From Diadema antillarum (lineage: Eukaryota): 64,000 nt of DNA. The notes under the pieces are model-generated. The model searched no databases, had not been told where the DNA came from, and was given only the letters and a program-made list of their open reading frames with translations. The stretch spans positions 2,356,001-2,420,000 of the forward strand of contig NW_027270907.1 in assembly GCF_040938485.1 (NCBI RefSeq). The letters are read 5' to 3'. Every line of letters begins with the position of its first letter. Position 1 is the first letter of the stretch. The position numbers were made by a program, and so were the translations under genes. This document shows, one piece after another, positions 25,427-35,691 of the stretch.

Positions 25427-28400
25427 CCATAAAAATTAGCATATTTGCATAAGTAATCAGCCTTAATTAGAAATTTATTGGAATTTTTGTAAAATTAACT
25501 ACCGAGTATGCCTTCTTGTAGGGTACATCATAAACTAGGTGCATGCCAAATATGGTCCATGGCTGAGATCTGGGGAGGTAATCATTGCCCCACCCCCATC
25601 CTCAAAACCTCCAAAATAGCTCAGTCTTTTTAGGGTTAACCCTATTCTAATGGTGGGGGGGGGTCAAATTGACCCCCCCCTTGACGTTTCGCGCCACGAT
25701 TTCGCAACGCGCAAAGCTTCTGCCGCGTCGTTTCATGACTTTTTTCATTGAAATCTTCCGCATATTTTGAGACCAAATTTGCGGCGTCCGGGTACACCGT
25801 TTTGAAGTTACGTAATGTTTTGCATATGCATGTCAACCAAAAAACAGCTCAAATTCTTGATATCGTGTGCAAATCCAATGCAAATTGCGTTTTTTGGTTA
25901 AATTGATATAAATTAGATTATTTCAACTTTTAACCATTGAATTTAATCAATTCTAGTGTAGATAAGCCTGACAAAGTGCCTGCAACAAGTTTTGGCAAAA
26001 AAAAAGTAGAAAAAAAAAAGGTTGAAAAAACAATAAAATACATAAGAAATTAACAAAACAATAAAAAACAAAAGAAATTAATTTCAATTGAGCTACTTTT
26101 TTAAACAAAAATTGTTTGATGTGTCTTGAGGAATTCTGGCACAAAAATTTAGCAATCCTCCAGTCTTTTTAATGGAGTTATAGGTGAAAATATGATTTCA
26201 TGCACAAATCTGCATAATTAATTTATCAAAAATAGAAAGGCAATATTTTTCTATTGTGTGACAATGTAATCTTGTAGTTGACATCCAGCTCTATCTTCAG
26301 GCAAAATTTCGCGGCAATCGCGCGATCGGCGGCCGAGATCTGAAGGGGGGGTCAAATTGACTGACCCCCCCTCAGTAAAAACTTGGTCTCAAATAGCCCA
26401 GTTAGAATAGGGTTAAAGGTACAAGAAAAATGCACGCAGACTAAAGAACAGCGCATCACTGTGTGCATATGATGGTAAGCATGAACAAAAGCATCAACCA
26501 TGCTGTTCATGTGAATGTTGATGTTTAGATGCATTTCCTCCATAGATCAAAAGGTGGGGATTATGATCAAGTGTGAGAGATGGTACATGTCTCATAACTG
26601 TGTGCAAGGATCTATTTTATTTCCCAGAAAATGTTGTGCTGCATGATGACATATTAGTAAGAGGATCCCCCTCCACCAAAAAAGTTAAAGTGTTGCATGT
26701 GCATTGATATAGGAATTACATATTGGCACATACTGATTATCACAACCATGATGGTTTTTGTTTATGATCTTTCATTTTATCAAATGCAGTCGTCATTATA
26801 TGAACAGTAAAGCTTCTAATAATTCCTGTTTGGCTTTTGAATCAGAATCATTATTCTCAACTACATCAGAACAATTTCCCTAGTAGCAATACAAGCAATA
26901 TCAAATTTGTGCTCCTAGTTAACATGAAAAATGTGATGTATATCATTCCATACCTCTTGAATTCCTGAACACACAAGTTTGAAAGGGCGCTGGTAATGTC
27001 ATCTCCTCCACACTCATGATGTGTCTTTGAGGCCTCAATCCTGTAGAGGCCATTTGTCACATTGACAACTGACACACTCACTGTGCTGCCTCCAAGTCTG
27101 TACACTAGCACATTACTGGAAAGAACCACAAAACCAACATCTGGGTAAGCTGACAAATGCTGTAACAGCACATCTAAAAGGTCAAAAAAAGGTATGGCCC
27201 AGCTCACAACGACATGCATTATGTCAACCACAATAATATTTTTAACCTCCAAACTATAACTATGTAATCATGACTATGCATCCAGATTTCAAACAAATAG
27301 AACACCACTGACATATATCATCATTGAACATTTACAAACACTTGTGTTTCTGAAGATGAGTGAACTAAATCACTCCTTCATCTAGAATAATTGATGGCAC
27401 TACAGTCCAAACTCTCTAATCCGGACATGTGGGGACCGGGGCTCATCTGCATGAGGGATTTGGTTGGATATGGGAGACTTAATGTTTGATACATGCAGCT
27501 GCCTACCCAATGGTAGCTACATGTTACTTATTGCAGGTAGCATATACTCATACTCTTTCTTTGCTACAAGTGCAAAATTATAGGCATTTCTCTTTTTTTT
27601 TTTTTTATAAAATGAAAATAAATTTGTTGTCAAATAATATGTAATTCATGAGAGCTTGTGTAGGATTTTTTTTAAAGTTTAAAATCCCCCCTTTTCCTGT
27701 AATTATTAGATTGAAAAAAAAAAAGAAGCAAACAAACAAACAATCATGGTAAGATTGCATCCGGATAATAGAGAGATCCGGATAAAGGGAGGCCAGATAA
27801 GAGAGGTTGGACTGTACTTCTGTTAATGACAGGTGATATAGGCATACCATGGATCATGAAGCTTTGTAACCCCGATGCTGTAAGCTAGAGCTGCTGCAGA
27901 AGGCTCACTGATTAAGCGTAAGACATCAAATCCTGCCACTTCTGCTGCTTTCCTGCCAAACAAAGAAAAAATACCACATAATTATCAAATATTGCTACAT
28001 TTCTTTACATGTATTTCTCAACTACCCACAATGATAAGAACTTCCAGGAACATTAGCAAATTGGATGATTTCTTGTGCTCATTTCTATCACTCTCAATGA
28101 AACTGAAACAAAAGAATATATTGTCTGCAGCTGTCACGCCAGTTTCACACAAAAGCATGAGATATCTGTTGTTTCACTGTTTCATTTGGCACTGCAGATT
28201 TATATCAACATTGATGTGCAGGGTGGTATATGAGGGAGTTATGCATAATATCGTAATGCCTTGCCAACGATTTCGTTGAACATTAACGTGGTGTCACCGA
28301 AAAAAAAAAAAAATGACATCACATAGACAATAGAAAACTTGCCAAAGAGCCAAATGTGTCCATTAAATTCTAGAAAACATAGCTCAAGATCTATTCTTAG

Positions 28401-31400
28401 ATCATAGCTCCTTTACTGATAACCATTCAAGAATATTCCATTAAGGATAAGGTCCATCTCAAACTCAAGAGAATCCTAGGTCCTTGAGAGGGTGCTGGAC
28501 CCCAGCTGCACGAGACTTTGCAATTCATACTTGTGATGCCTGTGGTGCATACAATTTCAAGATCTCTTTCCAGTCATCGTGCTTAAATTTGCAAGTTGTG
28601 GACTACACTGGACATGTGTCATAGCGTGTATGAACAATAATGAACAATACTGCTATAACTCGACAGAAAGAACAGCTGGTATTTAGGCTCTAATGATTTT
28701 TTAGAAAGCTGTATTTAGTTTAATAATATATCCTCTGCTATCAGTTGGGATTTTGTCATAATTTCTACATATATGGGAATTTATCAACAAAAAAGATAAG
28801 CTTAGAAGCAGACATTCGTACACAGAAAGGGGCATGGTAAAGAAAGGCAGCTTCACTACAGTGCACACACCTACAGCAGGTAAACAGGAGATATCCTTAT
28901 TAAAGAGGAAATCCACCCCCAAAATAAATAAACTTTTAAAAAAAAGAAAAAAAAAATTCCCTACAAAGTGTTCCAAAAATGACAAAAATCAGATAAGAAG
29001 TAAGGAAGATATGACATTTTGAAATTTCACATTTCTTAAGAAAACATTTCTTGACCAGTCCATATTCAAATGAGTGAGTTGATGATGTCACACCGTCACA
29101 ATTTTTCATGTACATCATACATGAAATTCTGACAAATTTTCATTTCCATCTAATACAGGTACAAACATATTCCCATACCAAAATATATCGGAGTGAACAT
29201 TTCTTTTTAATTTGGGTGGTATTTATAAGGCTGAAATATAAGATTTTTTGTAATTTCATATAATGAAACGAATAGGAAAATGTGAGTACATGACAGCATC
29301 AACTTGCTGATTTAAATATTCATAACGACTGCTCAAGAAGGGTTTTCCAAAGAAATTTACAAAAAATTCAAAATGTCTTATTTCTTATTCAATTTTGATC
29401 ATGTTGCACTGTTCTGCAGGGATTTTTTTTTCGCTTTCTTATGAAATTGATACAATTTTGGAGTGGATATCTTCTTTAGGTCAACTAATCATTGATACCC
29501 ACCTTACTGCATCCCTTTGTTGGCCTGAGAAATCAGCTGGTACTGTTAGGACCGCACTCTTTACACTTTTGCCTCCCCCATGCTCTGCAATTTCTGTTCA
29601 TGATAGATATGACAATACACTGTTAATGCCATCTAATTAAAAAAGAATATAAAAAGCTTTAAGGAAAACGTGACTGAGTTCCCATCACATGTAGCAATAA
29701 CTAAACTGTCTGATTTTTCTTAAGTTTAATCAGCTCTTTGTTTTTGCAGTAGCATTGCATAATAATCTTACATCTGTGGGTAGCTAAAAAATAGCTTTGT
29801 GGCTCAGATTCAGAAATTTCACAGTTTAAAACAAGTTTGAAATATGACTAGTGTGAACAGAATCTCATTATAAATGTGAAAAAAAAATGCAATACAGAAA
29901 ACTGTACATTTTGTCTTTGAACGATCAGCTGCTTGGCTGAATTGAAATTTGAAGTTTGTTTGCATTGGTAATATAGACAGAATTCACAGTTGGAAATCTG
30001 ATACAAAATACAAAACAAACGTTGCAAAGAAAGAATAGGATGTTAATCACTTTAGAAATTACTGTTATACATGTATAATTAAGTCATGGAAAAACAAGTT
30101 TTGTTTTTGTTTTGTTTTTAACTATAGGATTATATTGGTTGTGGACCCAGTGTACATGTACTTTAATACAATCAAGATTATTCTATTGACATGCAAATGC
30201 AAACAAGAATGAACCTTTCAATTTCTTAAAGATGAGGACAGCAACTTCCAGAGAAGAGATGAGTATCTTCTTGTTGTTAAGTTCCACCTCAAAGCCTGCC
30301 AGGCCCTGTTTGTCTACCACTCTGAATGCAGATCTCTTCTTCACAGCTAGGACCACTTGATCTTCAAAAGACCTTCCTAACAGGTGTTTGACATGCATCA
30401 CAGTGTTTACCGGGTTGCGCAGTCTTCCTTGCTTTGCAGCTAGCCCTACAACCTGTCAAACAAAGTCCAAGAAATAATCACCAATGCAAAAATCTTGGAA
30501 TCATTTTTGTAGTGCCTCAAGCAAAGAGATTTCCATCTTGATGATCCCAGAGATGCAGTCAAAAAGTATTGTAATCATGTCTCTCCATCTTTCACATGTG
30601 GGTTAGTTTCAAAAGGTTACTCCTTATTCAGGGAGTGAAAGTCAAAGATTCTTACAACTGCATTTCAGCTTTGTGATTTACTTACTATTTTCAATTTAGT
30701 GGTCTTCATATTGCCAGATATCGCACAGTTATTCAAGGACTGACACTACCACCAGCTCCAGCAAGGACAAGTGCTTATCTAAATCCCAAAATTTATCAGG
30801 ACCCCATTGCACAAAAGATGCAATCAAACATTAAGTCAGAAAATCAAACTACAGTGCAAGTCAAATATCAGCCAATTCATAACATGTTGCACCACAGACA
30901 AGGTGCCTTGAGGTACCCGGTATCTGTCGTTAGTCCCTGGGGTCAGCAAAGGTCATTCATTGTTCCCAATGAGCAGAGTGAAGAAGAGTGGATAAGTAGA
31001 GGGAATGTATTTGAAAAAAAAAAATATCCAAATTGGTTTCTTTGCATTTTTGCTTTTCGGACAATGATCAATCCATGCAGTATACATGTACTGTATGTCA
31101 GTGCACAGCATATCAAACCATTAAAACTCCGGTAGCAGATCGACACAACATACCTTGTCATTGTCACTGAAGGCTACCACGTTTGGAGTAGTTCTGTCAC
31201 CTGCATCATTGGCCAAAACTTCAGTTTTTTCATCCTGCCATAACAAAGTGCAAAACACATTAGGAGCCGAAATGATAATCGAAAGTATGGTGGCTACTTC
31301 CTCAGTATAGTGTCATCAGTTATGTGTAACCTGGCACATACATGATGTACTCATAGAGGAATAGAGAAGAAAGAAAAATAAAACCACACCTTAACACTGT

Positions 31401-34400
31401 GAAGGGGAATGACACCCCTCCAACTCCATGATGCAGCTAGTTTGTTTGGTGGTGTGTACCACTGTATCTTCGTTCTTATTTGGTCCCAAAATATCATCGG
31501 TCCAATGTCCTACACAGCTACAGCACTAAAATGTACCCACACCACTGGCCATCACACTAAGCAATAAGATGTCATACATATACATCTTATTCTTGCCACC
31601 TCTGTGCGGGCGTGGCTGCTGGCCATTGATCGTGAAAGCAGAACCAAACTTCTGCCCTTTGGATAGAATGTACTTAGTAAGATTTTCTCTGAGAAACTCA
31701 CAGTTAAAGAGACAAAAGTTTGAGACAAGACCCCCCCCCCCCCAAAAAAAAAAAAAAAATATATATATCTGAAATGAAAAATCATATAAAAAATGAGAAA
31801 AGACAATTAAAGCAAAGTGAAAAGCACTGAAAGAAAAAGTGGTCTAAAATGTATGGTCAATTTAGTGATTTTCATCATACATGTAGATCATGTAGCTGTA
31901 TGCATGTACTGTATAGATCTATGCAGTCAACCTTTCTTTCCAGCAATGGCTACATCTACACAGTCATACACGACCCTGGGGTGCTCTATTCCTACAGTTG
32001 TGGAGTTGTACTGAGGGAGCACCCTGAGAGTGAACAGCATGCTACATTGTACATGTATCTTTGTACAATGAGAGAGAGAGAGAGAGAAAGGAAAAAAAAA
32101 AAAAAGAATTTCATAAATTCAGGAACTTAAAAGTGCACCATGTGTCTCTATCAACAGGGCACTGTGCCCTGTTGCATAAAACCCTTACCGCTGGACTTAC
32201 TGCTCCTTTCTAGCGGGAAGTCTTCAAATTAGCGGTAAATTTTATAATCCTTGATGCTGATTGGCTGCACCGACATGATGCCTAATTTTGACGGTAGTTA
32301 CCATTGAAATTCAATGGTAAGTTTTATGCAACGGGCCCCTCAGAAATTCTGGATCTATCTAGACACGGTACCCAGTCGTCTACAGTCTACGGCGGCTTTT
32401 GCTAAACAGTCGAGTCGCAGGTGTGGCGCAGCGCGGCTCACTGGGGCTAATTTAGCTCCAAAATGCTGTATGGTGTCTTCAGGAAGACACATTGAAAAGA
32501 GCCCATATTCATTACCGGCTTGCAACGAATGTACGCCATGCATCAAAACATTGCTTGGGCAAAATGCTTTTGGTGAAAGATGATTTAAGCCTTTCAAAGA
32601 ATCGGAGATTAGAAAGGAATGGCGCAAAAGTACACAAGTGCCGAATTCACGAATAATGCATTTATTGGCATTTAGATTAAGGTAAAGATCACAAATAAAA
32701 TGGGGATCCTTGTTTAAGCAATGCCACAAAGATGTGTTGTGTCACAAATGAAGATCCAAGCTCCATTACAATTAATGAATGACTCTAGGCCTATCTGTTA
32801 TGGAGATATTATGTTTTTACCCTCAGGTTAGATAGGTCTACATGTAAAAATCATGATTCAAAGCGGACAGAGGGGCTATTCATTATACACATTGCATCCA
32901 AAAATGTTGATTCCTTATACTTATTCATAATCTTTATTTTCTGACATTCTTAATTTTTATTTTTTGGCTTCAATGACTTTTCTGCTTTTCTATTCGTATG
33001 CTCGTACTCAATATAGTCTCTCCATTCACTTCCTTATAGGTTTTTTGGCAACTCAAATATTTCTTTTGCTATGGAACTTAGCATTAGTTTAGCATTTTTA
33101 TGCATGCTCCAGTCAATGAAGCACCGGCGTGCAATTTTGTACAACATAGTAAATTATACAGTGTTCGCTGATCACACTTAAGTTTACAGTTCAAGATTCT
33201 CACCAAATCAGATTGTGACTCTCTTCAAAATGACCTAAATGAACTGGCAGCATGGTCCAAACGCTGGCTGCTTGACTTTAATGCTGAGATATGTGTTGTT
33301 TACGCATACGTGCATCTTTAGATTGCCAGTACTCCCTTAATGGCAATTACCTACAAGAAGTGACGAGCCAAAAAGATTTGGGTGTTACTGTATAGTGTAG
33401 TGAAACCAGCATTGGAATATGCATCCACAGTTTGGAGTCCATTTACAAAGAAAGACATAGTAGCTTTGGAGAAGGTGCAGACAAGATGCCTACGTTTATG
33501 TAGCATCAAACTCAGACTGGAACCTCTTCAGTTGAGAAGAATCAAGACCGATCTTACAGATACCTACAAGCTTCTAAATGGCCATTATAAAACCAAGCCA
33601 GATATTTTCTTCTCTAACCCACCCAAAACACTAAGAGGCGACTCTTACAAGCTGTATCACAGACGCTACAAAACCCAACTTGCTGGCCACTTCTACTCCA
33701 ATAGAGTGCTCAAGCCATGGAACTCCCTCCCAGATTAGAGCATGTTGTGTCTGCATCTACTGTGGCATCCTTCAAGAGTAGACTGATGAGAGCCCTTCCC
33801 ACAGGAATAGAGGGCTAATCAACCAAGTATCCAAGTATCCAATCCAAGTAAATGTCTTGGGAAATAACCAACACTAAATTGCTGTAATGTCTCTCTTGCC
33901 CTTGTGCTATAAGCTGCCTCTATTCTTTGTTATCATCTGATATTGAACATGAGTTTTAATGTCAGAAAATGAATCATTGAATACAAAAAGTCATTCTTCG
34001 AATTCATTTTCAATCACTTGGCATCCACAATCTGTAGTGTGACTGTGTGGATGTATAGCTCTTCAGCTCTTTTTTCTTTTTCTTTTCTAGCTGTTAATCT
34101 CTACTTGTCCATCATTCTTCGTCATTCTTATCTGATTTTGATTCTGATTTCAGTTCCCCTTCAGTTCTATAAATCTAACATTATTTCTATCCTCTCTCCC
34201 TGTCAATTCTTGTTTTTCTTCACATTATTCTAATTTCTATCATGTTCTCTCTTATTTCTGTCAAATTATTTGTCATGTTATGTGTGATATATCCTCTCAT
34301 TTATTTCTCATTGTAAATTTATACTTTGATTGGTTTCATTCTGTGATATCAATACTCCTTTTTGATGTGTCCCATTAGATGAAGACACCATGCACCATGC

Positions 34401-35301
34401 ACCAAACAGCTTTTTGGGCTAATTTCGCTTCAGCAAGCTGCGCTGTGCCACGCCCACAACCTAACTACTATTAAGCGGCATGTATAGTAGGTCTAGTCTA
34501 GATGTCAAACACATCGACACCAGGGCTGCCAACTCTCACGCATTGAGCGTGAGACTCATTTTTGGTCCTTTCTCACTCTAAAAGTACACTTTATTTCATT
34601 TCCATGCATTTCTATTGATCTCACTCATTTTGACTCCTAAACCCTAAATTATAGCATTGGCCTACTGAAGTCTCACTCTCAACTAGTTTCCAGTGTTGGC
34701 AGTCCTGCGACACTGTACATTTTTAAAACCAACACCCCTCTAAGCTCTATTTATATCATTGGGTGTAAAAGAACAAACTTTCACACATGAGACCACACGC
34801 AGCAGTGTTCTTGCATTCTTCACTTGTTGTGGATTTGAATAAAAATTAGATGCCCAAATTATCATTTATAGGTCTGTAGTCTACCCCAACAAACAAAAAC
34901 AAAACAAACAAAACATTAGAGTGTCGATTTGTTGAACACCCAACTACATGTCCTGTACGATTTAAACTAGTGTCTGGAATCTACACATTGCACACTTTAC
35001 AATTTAATGAAGTACATTTTACAGTGTTACCAGTGCAATACCAGCTGTACCGGTTGTAAATATTACAACTACAAGTACACAAAATTAGATACGTGGGACT
35101 AACAATGTACTAAACACGTGCGAAGCATTGCATGACTAGCTCGGTTCTATTTTTTCCAGTCCATACGAAAATAACGCAAACTAGCTAGAATCTCCATGTT
35201 TATAAATGACTAATAAAGCCAGTATTTGATAAATCACTTACTTTGTTTATTGCTACACAAGACGTTGTACCACCAAAGTATACTCCGATGGAGGCTGCCA
35301 T
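17903..35301 (-). CDS. HSPA14: Heat shock 70 kDa protein 14 (Hsp70L1, ribosome-associated complex subunit)
   Basis: 13 exons (high-low): 35301-35242, 31234-31154, 30452-30215, 29593-29503, 27952-27848, 27115-26954, 24485-24330, 23334-23232, 22455-22327, 20988-20899, 19272-19099, 18931-18861, 18011-17903. All are GT-AG; 1569 nt = 522 aa + stop. Diagnostic sequence: [99 protein letters not shown]. Confidence 0.95.
18066..18247. mobile_element. Tc1/mariner-like MITE (TA TSD)
   Basis: TIR-like ends tacgggcaactcctgttataacaaa and tttgttataacaggagcgccctgta, flanked by TA. Confidence 0.6.
18500..18694. mobile_element. Tc1/mariner-like MITE, same family as 44739-44923
   Basis: cagccaacctc...gcaaggttgactg(ta). 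The left portion resembles cagtcaaccttgcttaagtcgatcttgca at 44739. Confidence 0.55.
19825..20882 (+). mobile_element. Non-autonomous PIF/Harbinger transposon with a decayed MADF/Myb-like ORF
   Basis: Perfect 15-bp TIR AGCCCCCGTTCCACT, TAA TSD at 19822-19824 and 20883-20885, and many subterminal AGCGT/ATCGG repeats. 20286-20396 encodes [35 protein letters not shown] with one frameshift. Confidence 0.88.
21886..22085 (+). mobile_element. hAT-like MITE with 5-bp TSD (copy 2)
   Basis: Termini CAGGGCCGGCGGA...TCCGCCAGCCATG, flanked by TGCAT at 21881-21885 and 22086-22090. Confidence 0.75.
24820..25635. mobile_element. piggyBac-like non-autonomous element A
   Basis: 12-bp TIR CCCTAAAAAGAC. Left flank TCAA (24816-24819), right flank TTAA (25636-25639). 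Confidence 0.7.
25640..26412. mobile_element. piggyBac-like non-autonomous element B
   Basis: 11-bp TIR CCCTATTCTAA, with TTAA at 25636-25639 and 26413-26416. The interior is related, in reverse orientation, to 47608-48330. Confidence 0.78.
27403..27814. mobile_element. Tc1/mariner (pogo/Tigger-like) MITE, copy 1
   Basis: TA-cagtccaaactctctaatccgg ... gataagagaggttggactg-TA. It is an inverted copy of 42676-43119. Confidence 0.75.
28904..29475. mobile_element. Kolobok-like non-autonomous element
   Basis: TTAA-agaggaaatccac ... gtggatatcttct-TTAG: imperfect TIR with a degenerate right TSD. Confidence 0.65.
33155..33850 (+). mobile_element. CR1-clade LINE 3' fragment (decayed, internally deleted)
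   Basis: Degenerate FAD.TKVY...LQNDL...W..RWLLDFN, then [37 protein letters not shown] (ORF 33382-33738). It ends in a short (ccaagtat)n tail. Confidence 0.85.
34521..34707. mobile_element. hAT-like MITE with 6-bp TSD
   Basis: TIR CAGGGCTGCCAAC / GTTGGCAGTCCTG (12/13 match), with CGACAC at 34515-34520 and 34708-34713. Confidence 0.75.
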
Positions 35302-35691
35302 TTTGTTGGCCTAATGACCTACGCTACGATTAACGCGATTACGTCATGCAAATTTGCCCAATCAGTTAGCGACAAATGTATGACAAAGTTGTCCACGTGT
35401 AGTAGTTTGAGATCGTACACACTAGAAACCGGTAGGTAGCCTACTACTACATGTACTACTAGATTGGTGTGTGTAAATCCGCTTGGTTGCCTTTTAGCTG
35501 AGTGACTGACATCGACGATGTACACATCACATTGAAATCTGTGGATGAGTATGAGTTGGAGACCAAAATTTCTCCACGTCTGTTATGAACCGACTCGTGC
35601 TGCTGCTGCTGTAGATTTGCTGACTTGCCGACTTCAATCATTTTGTTTATAGTGTATTCGTTAGCCACCACTCAAAACAAAGTGAGAAAAG
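35302..35691. promoter_or_regulatory. Putative bidirectional promoter and 5'UTRs shared by HSPA14 and MANF
   Basis: The divergent ATGs are 390 bp apart. The interval is CpG-rich and contains TTACGTCA (35339-35346, ATF/CRE-like), CCAAT (35358-35362), CCACGTG (35393-35399) and ATTGG (35463-35467). A YY1/TISU-like CAAAATGGCAGC overlaps the HSPA14 ATG. Confidence 0.7.

Noticed and set aside
17903-35301. Intronic snoRNAs in the Hsp70-family host gene, and tRNA/rRNA genes anywhere in the window
   Set aside because: I found no convincing C/D box pair with terminal stem, H/ACA architecture, tRNA cloverleaf or rRNA motif by eye. A covariance-model scan (Infernal/Rfam, tRNAscan-SE) would be decisive.
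35340-35480. Canonical ERSE or ERSE-II in the MANF promoter
   Set aside because: CCAAT/ATTGG and CCACG are present but not at the required N9 or N1 spacing.
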